The notes under the pieces are model-generated. The model worked only from the letters and a program-made list of their open reading frames with translations. It was not told the origin of the DNA and ran no database searches. A stretch of DNA of 64,000 nucleotides from the human T2T-CHM13v2.0 reference genome, Homo sapiens, in assembly GCF_009914755.1 (NCBI RefSeq), contig NC_060942.1; one strand, written 5' to 3'. The position numbers were made by a program, and so were the translations under genes. This document shows, piece by piece, positions 43,508 to 57,870 of the stretch (positions within the stretch are counted from its first letter, which is position 1; every line of letters begins with the position of its first letter).

Positions 43508-46500
43508 GGTTAAACCAATTTTGCATTCTGGAGACAATCCTCGCTGGGTCATGGTGTATTACCTTTTTTATATATCGTTGGATTAAGTTTGCTCAATTTT
43601 AAGAGTGTTTACATGTATGTCTCAGAGGAATACTGACAGATAATTTTGTTTTCTTGTAATGTCTTTCGTTCTTCTAGCAGGATAATGCTGGTTTTACAGA
43701 ATGAATTGGGAAATATTTCCTGGCCTTCAATTTTCTGGAAGAGTTTGGGTAGAATTGATAATGTTTCTTTTTAAAATGCTCATAAGAATTCATTAGTGAA
43801 GTCACCTGGGCCTGGAGTTTTCTTTGTGAGGGGTTTTTTAATTAAAAATTTAATTGCTTTAATAGATATAGGGCTATTCAACTTAACTGTATCTATTTCT
43901 TTTTATGAGATATTAGGCAATTTGTGTCTTTTGAGGAATTCGTATATTTTATCTAAGCTGTTGAATTTATAGGCATAAAGTTGTAGATAATATTTTCTTA
44001 ATTCCTTATCTGTGGATTGTAGTGATGTCACCTCTCTCATGCTTAATATTGGTATTTTGGCTCTTCTCTTTTTTTCCTGATCAGTTGGGCTAAATGTTTA
44101 TCAATGTAGTTTTATCTTTTTATCCATTATTTTTTGTGTTCTATTTCATTAATTTAAACTTTGAGTATCCTTATTTCCTTTCTTCATATTTTGCTTTTAA
44201 TTTTCTCTTTTTTTTCTAGCTTCTTAAGCTCAGGTAACTGTCTTGATACCTTTATTTTTCTAATTTAAGGCATTTAGTTCTATGAATTTCCTTTTAGGTA
44301 CTACTTTACTTGAATTCCACAAATTTCAATATGTTTTGTTCTCAATCTCATGTATTTCAAAATACTTTTTTTATTTTTATGTTTTATTCATCTTTAGTCT
44401 CTTTTTTTCCTATTCTTGTTTAATTCCTACACAGTTGGGGAATTTTCTAGAAATGTTTCGTTATTGACTTCTAATTTGATTCCATTGTGATCAGAGAAAA
44501 CATTTTGTGTCGATTGAATACTTTTAAATTTATTGAGACATATGGATTACAATATGGTCTGCCTTGGTAGATGTTCTGTGTACAATTGAAAAACTATGTG
44601 GAGTGAAGTGTTGAATGCAGTATTCTATACATATCAATTAGGTCAATTTGGTTGATTATATTTTTCACATTATCTATGTGTTTACTGATTTTTTGCCTAT
44701 TTATTTTGAGATAGGGACATTGAATTCCCTGACTTAGTTATGGCTTGGTCTGCTTTTTCCTTAGAGTTCTGTCAGTTTTTGCTTCATTTATTTTGACGCA
44801 CCATTATTAGTTACATAAATGTTTGGGATTATTATGCCATCTTGATGACTTGACCACTTTATATGTATGAAATGATTCACTTTATTCCTAGTAATATTCT
44901 TGTCTGGATGTCTATTTTATTTTACATCAAAATATCCCCTTCAGCTGTCTTTTAATTAGTGTTAACATGGTATATCTTTATCCAATCTTTTACTTTTAAC
45001 CTATTTATGCCTTTGTAACTAAAGTGGATTTTCTATAGGCAGCATACTGATGGGTTTTTTTTTAAATCCAATCTGATAATTGCCATCTTTTAATTCTGGT
45101 CCTTACACATTTATTGTGATTACTCAAATGTTTGGGTTTTGATTTACCATCCTACAACTTGTCTCTGTGTTTCCCATTTGTTATTATTTCCCTCTTTCCT
45201 CTTTTTTTGCCTCCTTTAAGTTAATTATTTTTAAAATTTTATTTTACCTTCTTTGTTGGATTATTAACTAGGACACTTTGCTGTGCTATTTTGATGGTTG
45301 CTTTGGGGTTTATAGTATACATATTTAGCTTAACATAGTCAACCTTCAGGTGATATTATACTATTTCACATTTATACATAAACATCTTTCCATAATATAC
45401 TTCCATCTGTCCTTTCCTGGCCTTTGTGTTTTGTTGTCATATATTTAACCTCTACATTTGTTACAAATCCCACAATATATCATTGTCAGTATTGCTCCAG
45501 TATCTTCTGGCTTCCATGGTTTCTGATGAGAAATCTGCTGTAATCTTTATTGGGATATAATGCATCTCTGTATGTTATAAATTGTTTTCTCTGCCTGCTT
45601 TTAAGATTTTTCTCTTTATCCTGGTTTTTGGTAATTTGATTATGATGTGCTTTGGTGTGCTTTTCTTCTTTCCTTTTGTACTTGGGTGTTTTAAACTTTT
45701 ACAGCTTTTATCAATTTTGGAAACGTTTCCTTTTTTTATTTTTTATTTTTTCTGTGCACTTCTCTCTTCTTTCAGGGACTCCAATTACAAGAATATGAGG
45801 CCACTTGAAGTGTATATTACATGTTTCCGAGTTCACCAATATTTTCTTTTGCCATGCTTATTCTGCTATTAATCTCATCCAAAATATTTTTTTTCATCTC
45901 AGACACTTTAGTTTTTATTTCTAGAAGCTTGATTTGGGTCCTTTAAACATCTTTTGTGACTACTTAACATATTTGTTCTTTTTCTAGCTTTTTGAATGTA
46001 ATATAACTGTTTTAATGTCCTCGTCTACTAATCCTATCATCTGTGTAATTTCTGGGTTGGTTCTGGTTAATTTTTTAAAATTATGGGTTGTATTATGTGT
46101 TGTATGGTTATGGACTGTATTTTCCTTCTTTTTTTCATTCCTCATAGTTTTTGGTTGGATGGGCATAGTCAGTTTTACCTTTTTGAATGCTGGATGTTTC
46201 TGTATTCCTATAAACATTTTTGCAATTTGTTTTGGGATGTGATTAAGTTACTTGGAGGCAGTAACACATTCTCATTCTACAGTTTGGTTAGGTGAGATCA
46301 GAGCAGTGTGTAGTTTGGTCTAATTTCCCCTCCACTATTTGAGACAAAGTCTTTCTGAGTATTTTCCCCAATGTTTTGTAAATAATTAGGTTTTCTATTT
46401 TAGCCTGTGGAAACAAATTATTCCTGGTTCTATGTGAGCTCTAGGTACTGTTTCTTAGCCTTTCAGGTGATTCTTTCTCCCAATCTCAGATAGTTTCCTC

Positions 46501-46635
46501 ACATGTATGATCAGTACTTACCTGAAGACTAGGAGAGGAACTTCCTTTACAGAGGAACCCCTTACAATCTCTGAAGCTGTATTTCTGTGCACTTCTCTCT
46601 TCTCAATACTCTGTCCTGCAAACTCATTGCCTTGG
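43508..46635 (-). mobile_element. Ancient L1M (ORF2 5' half, ORF1 and 5' region, internally deleted)
   Basis: ttaaaccaattttgcattc...gaattcattagtgaagtcacctgggcctgg...; ORF1 ttctggcttccatggtttctgatgagaaatctgctg. Confidence 0.8.
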
Positions 46636-46649
46636 ATACTCATTATATT

Positions 46650-46832
46650 TTGTATGCATTTTATCAGAGCATGTGTGACACACTTTATTTTGCTTATTTG
46701 TTTGCTTGTTTTATGCTTCTCTCTACTTATTAGACTTTAATTCCCATGAAGGCATTGAAGATTTCTCATTCTTTGTGACCTCAAAGAATGGTGCTTGGTA
46801 TACAGTAGGGGTCTAATAAATGTTGGTTGAAT
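46650..46832 (+). mobile_element. LINE-2 3' end
   Basis: ttagactttaattcccatgaaggca...gtgcttggtatacagtagg...aataaatgttggttgaat. Confidence 0.7.
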
Positions 46833-46939
46833 ATATTTAGTGTTCTTAGGTTTGTGATGTTTCCTTTTGGATCAAATGTTTATTATATAAGATACTAGTT
46901 TTGCTTTAAAAAAAGTAGTCAGAGCCTTTTATTTAACAT

Positions 46940-47430
46940 TTTATTACTAATTTCTAATTTTATTGAATTATTGTCAGAGTGTTTGGCCTATATATACTAC
47001 TTATTAAAAAATTTATTGAGTTTTTCTCTAAAGCTGCCACTGAAATTAAAAAATAAATTTTCTAAAGTTTCAAAAATATGATTTGCTTTTCATAAACATT
47101 CTAGAGACAGTTAAAAGGACACTATAGTCTTTGTTTGCAGGAAATGTAATGTTCATGTGTTTAAGACCTTAGTACTTGTTCTCATATATACATTTATCAT
47201 AATGCTATGAACTGATAGGAATATATCTTCCACTATACTTATAATTCTGCTGATTTCTTCTTATATTTGTATTAGGCTTTGTTTGATATGTTTTAATGCT
47301 ATGTTACTTAGTGCGTAATAGTTTATGTCTCATACCTTTTATCCAAATAAAACAAACGTCTGTATACTATTTACTTACTGGCTTTTATTTTTTGGCCTGA
47401 AACTCATACTTTTATATTAATATGATTGTT
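46940..47430 (-). mobile_element. Very old L1M ORF2 fragment
   Basis: atttctaattttattgaattattgtcagag...aatttattgag...ttttaatgctatgttacttagtgc. Confidence 0.5.
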
Positions 47431-48118
47431 GATTGTTTTTAGGCAAGTTTCTGCCTGTACTTGGGTGATAATGAGAAGTTGCCTGAACTTGATAAGATTG
47501 GTTTATTAGAGTTAAGTTTTAAAATACTCATAATGGTACAAAGTGATAACATAGAATGTCAATTTAAAGAAATAATAAATATCAAAATAGAACATGTTTA
47601 TTTTTGTGTTGTTAATTTTGATTCCTGTCTTGTTATTCTGAAGTACATCTGAAATCAGACTTTATGAAACAGTGACATGCACAATAATTTCCTCCGAAAA
47701 AAGATGTTTTAGTTTAGTAATGCCCCTTCTTGTGCATTTCTGTATTTCACAGACCATTATCTGCTTGACTTAGCCTCTTAGCAGAAAAGCTTAGAAATGA
47801 AATATTAGAAGACAATCAATTTTCCACTGGAAATGGAATTGAAGGATCTCTAAAATTAAAATAAATATATTGGAAAAGATTATGTGATGGACACAAAATT
47901 TACTGCTTTTTAGTGTAATAAATGTCATATAGGGCAAGATATGTTTGCACTTGATTTAATAGAGGGGTTGCTGTTTGATTTGGCTGATTTAATTTCTACC
48001 TATAATTCTAAACATAAACATAAATGCTCATGAAATGCAATATTAGCACCTTATATTACTTTCTAGCAGTTCTTAGAGTATGCTGAGACTTCAGATTCTT
48101 TTGATTTAAAGTGAATTG

Positions 48119-48422
48119 GGCCTGGTGCGGTGGCTTACGTCTGAAATCCCAGCACTTTGGGAGGCTGAGGCGGGCAGATCACCTGAGGTCAGGAGTTTGA
48201 GACCAGCCTGGCCAACATGGCAAAATCGTGTCTCTACTAAAAAAATACAAAAATAGCTGGGCGTGGTGGTGCACGCCTGCAATCCCACCTACTTAGGAGG
48301 CTGAAGCATGAGAATTGCTTGAACCCTGGAGGCGGAGGTTGCAGTGAGCCAAGATTGCACCACTGCACTCTAGCCTGGGCAACACAGCGAGAGTCTGTCC
48401 CAAAAAAAAAAAAAAAAAAAAA
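48119..48422 (+). mobile_element. AluSx-like
   Basis: Full dimer ggcctggtgcggtggct...gatcacctgaggtcaggag... with a pure poly-A tail at 48402-48422. Confidence 0.95.
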
Positions 48423-51400
48423 GTAAAAAGAATAACCTATTTTTTTATTGTCAGTAATCTAAAAACAGGAAGTGATGGAAGTATCTGTATTTCTCTAACA
48501 TTGGCCAATAATTTTTATGAGCACTTTCTCTCAAGTTAGAAAAACTGTAAATGTAGTAAACAGTCACTTGTGTTCACACTATTCTTCTACTCCTCTAAAA
48601 ATATGACTGTGAAATCTTCCAATAATTTGTAGTCATACAATGTGGATCAGTTGTTTTTAAAAAGCTCATACTTGTCAAGAATGTAAAGGCCCAAAACTTG
48701 AGAAGGGATTTGAAAGATAGAAATTGATTAAAGGAACTGATATATAAATATAGTAGCAATACAGTAGCTAGTAATAAGATTTTAACCACCTCAATTCTGA
48801 AATATGGTTACAGTTCTCAGAAAGGATAGGAAAAATATATAAGTGAAAAAATAGTTGATACAAAGTTCATGTGTCAAAGTCTATGTATTATGTATTTGAC
48901 TCTACAGAGTCCCCATTCTTCCACCAAGAGTCTGTTTCTACTTTAGACAAAGCACTAACAAGGATTTGAGAAATTGATAGAACCAATAGTATAAAGAATT
49001 AAAGAGAGATGGTGGCTAGCTTGACAGCAAGGGAAGAGATAGAAGCCTGTAAAACTAGATACATACATTTTTTCGTGTGTTGTACTTTTATTTATATAGT
49101 ACTTGACATAAAAATGCCATGCCCCACATTATTAATCAGCACATTTTTATTTTCACTGTCTTGAGATTTAAAAAGATATTGATGTATCCGTTTTGTATTT
49201 AGATTATGACTTGATCAGCATCTGTGTTTGCAGAAAAAAAAAGAGAGGTTTGGATAAATTTAGGAATGGGATTAAGACAATGGAACATTCACAATGGAAA
49301 AGTCCCACAAGTTTGTAATTCACAAACTGGTTCTCCCCTGATTCTAGAAAAGAGCAATAAAGAGGTCTATCATATTAGGACCCAAATGCAAATCTAGTCT
49401 AAAACCTTTTAGCAATTAACATTGGTTTGATGATAGTTTATTTAATGAGCAGAAAAAAATTCAAGAAGACAGAAGTACTCAATTAAGGCTTGAGAAATCT
49501 GATGAGATTCAAGGAGCAAGGGGCAAATATTTATTTAAAAAATTCCTTTGAGTTGGAATACTGAGAGTTAAATTTATTAAGTAAACAGGTCACCACTTTA
49601 AGTAAATAAATTGAAACAAACATGAATACAATATATTCCAACTCAGGCCTGATTCTTGGAGCTAGAAATTTGTACTTTTATATGTCAATATATCTATTAA
49701 ATAGCATGATGTTCTTAGTCAATGTTTCCTGATCTAAGAGAAGCATGATTTTTGCTCAGCTCTGGCATTTCAGTTTTTGACCATATGACAATGTCAGAAT
49801 TAGAAAAAAATACTTTAAAAATATTAGATACATAAATTAAAGGCCTTGTCCTTTGAGAATATCATATTATTTCACATTATTTTATGATATAACAGTTTTT
49901 AAGGACTAGACTGAAACGTAGAGAAAGGATTAAATAAAGCTTTAGCATAATCTGGGAAATCTACTTTTGTGGGATACTCATTCTATGATGGTAGACAAAT
50001 GCTTTGCTGCACAGGTAAATTCACATTGTGCCTCTTCCTAGTTGAGAACAATGTGCTGTCAATTTAGCTGTCATTCCATCATGCTGTAGTATGCAGACTT
50101 TCCTGTTGCCTTCACCCCTTTGAAGCCCAGTCAGGTAAAAACAAACTGGGGTTTGGAGACTCAATTAATAGAGATGGTTCAACAGATTCCATTAACAAAA
50201 GAGCTGTTTTAAGTCTTTGCCCAGGACTCAGACTAAATAATAACTTGGATTTGTAAATGTGGGCAAATGTAAGGGCTAAAATAAAATATAAAATATACAT
50301 TTTATATTCCTAACTATAGGAGGAATGGAGAATTTACTTTTTATATCTGTAATTTTATTCAAAAAATATATTTTATGGTACAGTTCTTTGTCTTTTGTAT
50401 TGATTTGATAATTATCTTCAGCGATACAAACATCTTAGTGTGCTTTCTTGAACCACTGGATATGGAACATCACAGATGTGTAATATTGTACTTGCAAGCT
50501 AAACTGACTAGATTTTCAAAATTAGAAAATAAAATCTTATTAAACGTTAAGACACGTTTGAACATAATGAGGAATGCTTTTAAATTATGTTCCTATTTTG
50601 TGAGAACCAACAGAGTAGGGTGCCATTGTAGTGCATTTTATTAAGACAATAAATAGATTCTCTCATCTGATATCTTATTTCAGTGTATTACAGAATGTAA
50701 ATAAGTAAGAATTTTAGGTCATACAACACACACATTCACACACACCTTAAAATTAAAAGCCAGCATCCCTTTGGATTGCATTGTGTTGAACCGGTATGTT
50801 TTCTCTAGCAATGAACATAGTTAGCACCCAGTTCTTACTAAGAGTTCCATAAAGATTTGTTAAGTGATTTTATTTTATTCATGAAAGCATTTGTTCAATG
50901 GGATCGGTAAATATTTGAGTACACTGAAATATTATTTTAAATCGTGAAAGCTGGGGTGGGATGTTTGAGATCATCTAGTTCAATTGCCACTTGATCATCC
51001 ACTTCAAGTGCCATAAGATCACCACTAATTTTAGAAATTTTAGACTCTGTATGGCAATTTTCTTGACCTAAAAAATATTTCCTCCAAATGTGATTATAGT
51101 TAGACTGAATTACATAAATGAAATAAGATACTAATTTATGTGGACAGACTCCCTTCTAAACCTTTTGTAAAAATTTGATGTTTTCTTTATACCATTGTAC
51201 AGTATTATGTTACCATAAGCACTTTTACAGATATTTGTTGAAATTCAAGGAGCTATAAGAGTTAATATTTAGTCTGAACAGTTTCCCCAACCAGTAACAT
51301 TCATTTCAGCTTCCTGTGCATATCATGATGACACTGAGCTCAGCCTGCCTACTAATTGAGTTACTTATTTAAATGCCGAAATGGCTTCTTAATAACTTCT

Positions 51401-52499
51401 TTAATTATTTAGCTATTTAACAGAACTCTTATCTTCTTGTCTAGAAAATAGTGACATTAAAACTGTTAATACATGATCCTGAGTGCTGGCATTATTTCTG
51501 GTTAATGAAAATAACCCAGATCTTTAGTAATGCTTTCATATTTGTATTTCACTCATTTTCTTTGCCTTTGTGTTACCTTAGTTCAAAATTCAAAGCCCTG
51601 AACTGTTGACATAGGCCATCTTTAACCGCTAAAAGCACAGCTCAGCCCCAGACTCATTTATTTTGAATTAGGCAAGGTTGGCAACATCCCTGCATAGATG
51701 AATGGCTTCTGACTAAATGTGCTGTGTTCTCCTCAATAGGAAAGAGCTTCCCCCCACTGAACAAACACTGCCACTTTTATTACCGATCATTAATGGTTAG
51801 ACATGAAGCTGGCTGTCCTCTTGATGTTACCCTAGTGATTACATATTCACTTACTACATGCGCTGTTACAAATAGGCTCTGTGTCTTATCTACTTGTGAT
51901 CATTTCCAGATAACAATATGCAGCCAGGTTGTTCCTGAACCCTGACCGTATGATATTGCTTGTTTTGTGTCATCTTGTTTGTTAACTCATTCCTTGATTA
52001 CATGGCTCTTATGCCTAATACATTTTTATCACCTTGCAGCAAATTTCTGGTATCCTTATAGTCCAAAGCTCGTGTATCTGCTTTGTCAGAGTCAGAGTCA
52101 GTTTGGTAGTGACTTCATCAGCATCTAGCAATACAGTAACAAGTTTCTTCAACAGGATGGGGGAAGGAAATGTTTGGCTATATTCTCAGTATTTTTTTTT
52201 TTTTTTTTTTTGCATCCTAGAGACTTGGCAAAGGGAGAAGCTATGCCCACTAAGTCTGTTTACAGCCAAGTGTTTTTAGAATCTTGGAAGTTTCTTTTTT
52301 GGAGTTCTTCATACTGTGGACCCATTGGAAAGCTGATAAAACAGATTGTCTGTAAGAGAGTCAATATAAAAATAGTCTGCAAGAATGCATGCCACCATCT
52401 GTGTTGTCTTATCTAGAAATTGTATCCCTGTCTCAGATTGACTTTCAAATTAATATGCTTATAAATATTAATTGATGGGAAGAAATTAGAAAAAGTGTA

Positions 52500-52561
52500 A
52501 ATGTGTGTGTGAATGTTATATATATACATATATACACACATATATATTCTAACACATACAC
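52500..52561. repeat. Mixed (TG)/(TA)/(CA) simple repeat
   Basis: atgtgtgtgt...tatatatacatatatacacacatatata. Confidence 0.7.
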
Positions 52562-52672
52562 AGTTTTGGATGAGAATTTCTTCTGAATTGTCAGATGAAT
52601 TCAGTCTGCAGGTTTCTTTTGAATCTGTATTAATCAAAGTACGTACAAGAGTTTAAAAAGTATTATCTTCTT

Positions 52673-52785
52673 GGCTGGAATGATTGCTTATGCCTGTTAA
52701 TCTCAACACTTTCGGAGGTGGAGGTGGGAGGTCAGGAATTTGAGACTAGCCTGGGCAACATAGTGAGATCCTGTCTCTAAAAAAA
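52673..52785 (+). mobile_element. FLAM-like Alu monomer
   Basis: ggctgg...gcctgggcaacatagtgagatcctgtctct plus A tail; degenerate TSD AAAAAGTA(T/A)TA. Confidence 0.8.
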
Positions 52786-53773
52786 GTAATAATTCTCTTT
52801 CATGATAGCAGTTTTGTAAGTTGTAAGTCAAAGGTTAATGATGGAGACACATATTAACCATGGTATCCTTGGTGAGTCACAAAGCACTTAGAAATGCATT
52901 TACTTCTGGATAATGTATGAATGTGTACATGATATGCGGCTACCATGTACCAGAATGCTAGCTACTCCTAAGAATAGAAGGAGTAGAGAGGGGAAATTAT
53001 TCATTAGGCAAAGAAGAAAAAGTAAGGCTGACATGGCATTTAGCAAAAAGCTTTACTTGACCAAATAAGCTAATATTTGAAGGAAAACAAACAGGTAAAT
53101 ATAATCACGTTTGGCCCAAGTTGTTCTAGTAAAAATGAGTGATATTTCCCTTTTAAATGCTCCCCTCCCCCACTTTTGGTAAGAAACTAGTAGCAATACA
53201 TCTCAGAAGTTCTCTTTGTCTTGATTTATTGACACTGAAGCTCCATGCCTGGAGAAAATCTCTCTGCAAACCTTGTTACATAGTGCTTGTTATTAGTTTT
53301 TCCATGTGTTTTTCTAATTAAAATGGTTTTCTTTAGTCTAATATTTGTAGGATGAAAATATTTAAAAGTGAAATGTGATAATCTCTTGGACCTTTCTTCA
53401 CATTGTTTCATTTCCTACATTGTGTAAAGTACTTTTAATTGGGCAACTTAGGAAAGATATTTCTGGGAGCTGTGGAATGAAGCAAGGCACTAGAACATCC
53501 ACAGAGTCTTGTTCACTTGTCTAGATGGAGGCAACCAAACTAGATTAAACGTTGATGTTTTTCCTTTTTTAATCTTTCCAATTAATGGTATGGGTTTAGT
53601 GAATAGTTAGCTTATGAGTAGACCTAGCCTGGTGTGGAGGAGTCAACAGCTCTCTAATGGGTGTTGATGCAGTCATGTCAGGAAGCACTATCCATCCAAA
53701 AGGAATCTCTGCTTGCATAGAGTCCTTTTAAAAGGGGGACAAAGACCTTAATTCCACAATTAGAGTTGAAGAC

Positions 53774-53927
53774 TTTTTTTGAGACAGAGTCTCACTCTGT
53801 TGCTCAGGCTGGAGTGCAGTGGCACAAACAGGGCTCACTGGAACCTCTGCCTCCTGGATTCAAGCGATTCTCGTGCCTCAGCCTCCTGAGTAGCTGGGAT
53901 TACAGGTGTGCACCACCATGCCTGGCC
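53774..53927 (-). mobile_element. Alu right-arm monomer with TSD
   Basis: ttttttgagacagagtctc...caccatgcctggcc; AGAGTTGAA at 53762-53770 and 53928-53936. Confidence 0.9.
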
Positions 53928-54226
53928 AGAGTTGAACTCTTAAGAGGCAACATAGCAAACTCAGTACACCTTAGTGGGTAAATTACTCTCATCAAGTCAC
54001 CTCTTAAGACCAGGTTTAGAGAAAAGAGATATAGTGAGAGTATGAAAACCCTGACTTCTTGAAGGGGAGCAGTTAAGGGGACCATACTAAGGGAGGTGCT
54101 AAAAAGAGCCTGAGATACACTGGGAGTATTTCCATAAATACGTTTATTCATATTCAAATATAGCAATTTCTAATATGTATTCTCTGGTTAGAAAAGTAAC
54201 TGAAAAAATTCTACTAAGTAGGTTGA

Positions 54227-54231
<5 letters not shown>

Positions 54232-54284
<53 letters not shown>
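54232..54284. repeat. Compound (GT)n(GA)n microsatellite
   Basis: Directly visible, about 13 units of each. Confidence 0.95.
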
Positions 54285-54288
<4 letters not shown>

Positions 54289-54706
54289 AGGTAGGATATC
54301 TCTGTGTAAACAAGTTAAGGAAATGCTTCTGCAGAACAAATTCTACCTCCTCTTGTAAATGCAGGACATATGACATAACAGGTGGGACAAGCCATTTGAG
54401 AACCTACAACGCCGTCTCTGAACCAGCAACCCAGTTAGTGCAGCTGGGGCCTGGTGCCTCATCTACATACATCTGGAGACAACAGCATGACACTAGTCCT
54501 AGAAAATGTCCCTAGTCTCTCCCCATGGATGTGTCCAAGCCTGCAGAAGAGCCCAGGGTTTACTTGTGCAGAAGCTGGAGCACTAGCTGGAGCCTAGTCC
54601 ATGGTCCTTCTTAAGCCTTGCTGTAAGAAGTCTTTTTTCCAGCTGCTGTGTTCTTCCTCAACTATCGCATCCCTAATCTTCAACTTGATGCCTGTGACCA
54701 CACTGT

Positions 54707-54883
54707 GGCAGCAGTCTCCAGCCTGGTTGTACTTTAGAATCACCTGAGGAGTTTTCAGAAATGCTAATGCTTGGGTTTCACCCCAGAACACTTGAATCAG
54801 GGTTTGTGGTGGTGGGCCTAGACTTTGGGTCTTTTAAAATCTCCCCAGGTAAGTCTAGTGTGTAGTAAGATTGAGAATCATTG
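54707..54883. mobile_element. MER5A/B (hAT-Charlie MITE)
   Basis: ttagaatcacctgaggag...caccccaga...gggccta...ctccccaggt...ttgagaatcattg. Confidence 0.8.
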
Positions 54884-55295
54884 TGTGTGTGCCTCTTTAA
54901 AAATTCCATAGGCATGGGTGAAACTAGTTGCCAGTATTCAAGAATAATGTCTTGGTTACTGAAAGGAGAAAAAGTATATTAACATTTTGAAATTATGCCT
55001 ATACAAGGTATTTTTATACTTAAAACCACTAAAATTTGTTTTTAAATTGTGGGAAGTTTCATTAAAGAAAATTAATAGATAACTGGTGGTTAATTGACCA
55101 CAGAAGGAAAAACCTACATGTAGCTTTTAGATAAATATTTTATAAGGAGATTTATGTATCGTAGTTAATGAAGGGGTAATGATTTTATATTTAGATTAAC
55201 TAAAGATGCCTTAGGTTGAATTCATTAAATATTAACAGTATCAAAAATGACTAATTACCATAAAAGTACGTATTTCACACTGTATGAATGGGATG

Positions 55296-55422
55296 TGTAT
55301 CTTTAGTAGAGATGGGGTTTCATCATGTTGGCCAGGCTGGTCTCGAATTCCTGACCTTGTGATCCGCCCGCGCTGGCCTCCCTAAGTGCTAGGATTACAG
55401 GTGTGAGCCACTGTGTCCGGTC
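55296..55422 (-). mobile_element. AluS left arm only
   Basis: tgtatctttagtagagatggggtttc...gacct(t)gtgatccgccc...gagccactgtgtccgg; ends in the linker. Confidence 0.88.
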
Positions 55423-55991
55423 CCAACAATCTAATTACTGGGTATATGCCCAAAGGAATATAGAGTTTTCTACACAAAGACACATGCATGTGTATGTTCA
55501 TCACAGCACTTTTCATAAAAGCAAAGACATGGAATCAAACTAGCTGCCCATCAACAGAGGACTGGATAAAGAAAATGTGGTACACATACACCATGGAATA
55601 TTACACAGCCATAAAAAGAATGAAATCATGTCCTTTGCAGCAACATGGAGGCAGCTGGAGGCCATTATCCTAAGCAAAGTAACAAAGGAACAGAAAACCA
55701 AATATCTCATGCTCTCACCTATAAGTCAGAGGTAAACATTGTGTACACATTGATACAAAGAGGGGAACAATAGACACTGGGGCTTATTTGAGGGTAGAGA
55801 ATGGGAGGAGGGTGAGGAGCAAAAAACCGTCTAACAGGTACTATGCTCACCACCTGGATGATGAAATTATTTGTCCACCAAACCCCAGTGACATGAATTT
55901 ACCATCTAACAAACCTGCACATATACCTAAAATAAACCTAAAATAAAAATTGGAAGAAAAAAATAAAAAGCAAACAAATAAAAAAATAAAA
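55423..55991 (+). mobile_element. L1PA15/16-like 3' end
   Basis: aaagacacatgcatgtgtatgttcatcacagcac...gactggataaagaaaatgtgg...aacaaacctgcaca plus A-rich tail. Confidence 0.88.
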
Positions 55992-57579
55992 TTACCCCTT
56001 CATAAAACTAAAGAAATATTTAAAAAATTTGGAGAAAGGATTTTTTGGTATTTATTCACTCTATTTTATCTTGATGGAAATATTTATACTTATATTCTTA
56101 AGTGCTATTGTTTTGAAAGGAAAACATATCTATTAGTACAATCAAGGGGCTCTGCAAAACTTATTAATAATAGGGTTTGCTGGTATTTTAGACATGTTGG
56201 CAAGTAACTTTTCACCATGCTTTCAGACAGTTTTTAACTAGAGCCTAGGTGCGTATCAGGTAACATATTTCACTTTTCTGAAAGAAAATGCTCTAAGACA
56301 CTTTTCAGAGTGACCATGGGACTGCATGATCTTTCTGCAGACTCATCTGCACCTAAGTGGCTGGACTTTCATTGTTCTAATTTTAATCACATCAATCCCT
56401 TGAAAAATACCTAATCCTTCTTCTGGCTTCGCTGTACTTTGCGCATATGTTGGAAGTTTAAGTTGTCTTTCCCCACATTACTTTGTCTGATAAATACTGT
56501 TTCCTCGAGTGAATGTCCCTAATGCCCAGCCCCCATACTTGTGGGATTATTTTGATAAGTATCACTTAACTGAACAGCTTTTTGCCCAGTCTCTGTCCTG
56601 AGTACAATTCTGGCTTTTCTTAGGATGTAGCTTATTATTCTAACCTGTTTCTTCTTCCCAAACATTTTTTTTTTCTCTATTTAAACCTTTACTGCAATTT
56701 CATAGGCTTCTTCAATTTCCACTGTATATTGTACATCTAAATCTTCTGTGCTGTGGATCATTATGTTACTTTCCTTTGTGATTTTTTTTTTTGCATATAT
56801 ATTTGCGAAGAAGGGCCAACTCATCCACTCAGGAAAGAGTAGACACTTTAAACTGTTTTTCCAGGAGAAAAGACAGATTTTTATTATTCCGTCTGTTTTT
56901 GTAGTTTCATCTTTGTTGTGATCAATACCATGGGTTTGTGAGTATGTGGCTGTGAAGGAAGGCTGTGGTTTCAGGGCAATAATGTCTTAGAATAATAAAC
57001 TTAGAATCATAGACTTATGTACAGAGTAGTCATGTTACTAAAACTGCGGGATGAATTACACATAACATCTAATCTAGCAATTCTCTCCTTTCTGTCACAG
57101 TACATTCAGAGAATATACCACATTCACATCAGCAGTAGTGGCTCAATCCAGCAGGTTCCAACAGAGGAAAGAAGCGGGCGTGGTTTTTGGAAGCAGTCTG
57201 AAAAAGTCCTAAGGAGATGACACTCTTATTTTGACTTTCTCAACCTTTGCTTTCATTGGAGAGTGAAAAGAATTGAGTTCGCTGGTCTGTAAACTTTATG
57301 TATGTAATGTTTCCCATGCTACCCCTAGTATCTTGGGTAGTAGTTAGTCAATAAAAATCTACGGAGTAAATACATAGATGATACCGAGAATGGCGAAAGA
57401 TTTGAACAAAGTCAAATGGCTAGTAAGTTTTATGGATGAGACTTCTGATTTCTTCCGTTCTTTCGGTCAGTTCATTGCTGTGCTTTATAAAGAGAAGAAA
57501 CATGAACTCTGCTTACTGTACAGCCATTCACTTTCTCTCATTTTTAGATTTTCCTTGCCAGCCAAGAACTCTAACAGCC

Positions 57580-57751
57580 ACAGCAGCAACAAATACTGAT
57601 AGTGCTTCGTATATGTTAGGCACTCTTCTATTCTTCAAAACACCATGATTACTATTAACCACACTAGGTACTATGATCCCCAGTTTACAGCTAATGATAC
57701 TAACCGAGGCATAGAGAGATTAAGTTGCTTGACTGAAGAGACACAGCTAGT
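57580..57751 (-). mobile_element. MIR
   Basis: atccccagtttacag...gaggcatagagagattaagttgcttg...acacagctagt (MIR core). Confidence 0.75.
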
Positions 57752-57870
57752 CGATTGCTATGTCTCATATACTACCATTGTTATTCCCATAGTCAGAGCA
57801 CGTTTTGGAACTCCTATCTGTATCATTCTTCTTAGATTTTGTATATATAAACAGTTGAAGGGGAAGAGCT

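Noticed and set aside
54290-54706. GC-richer stretch, possibly an old LTR or exon (12020-12600 is similar)
   Set aside because: Could not match to a consensus or define termini or splice sites; needs a Dfam search
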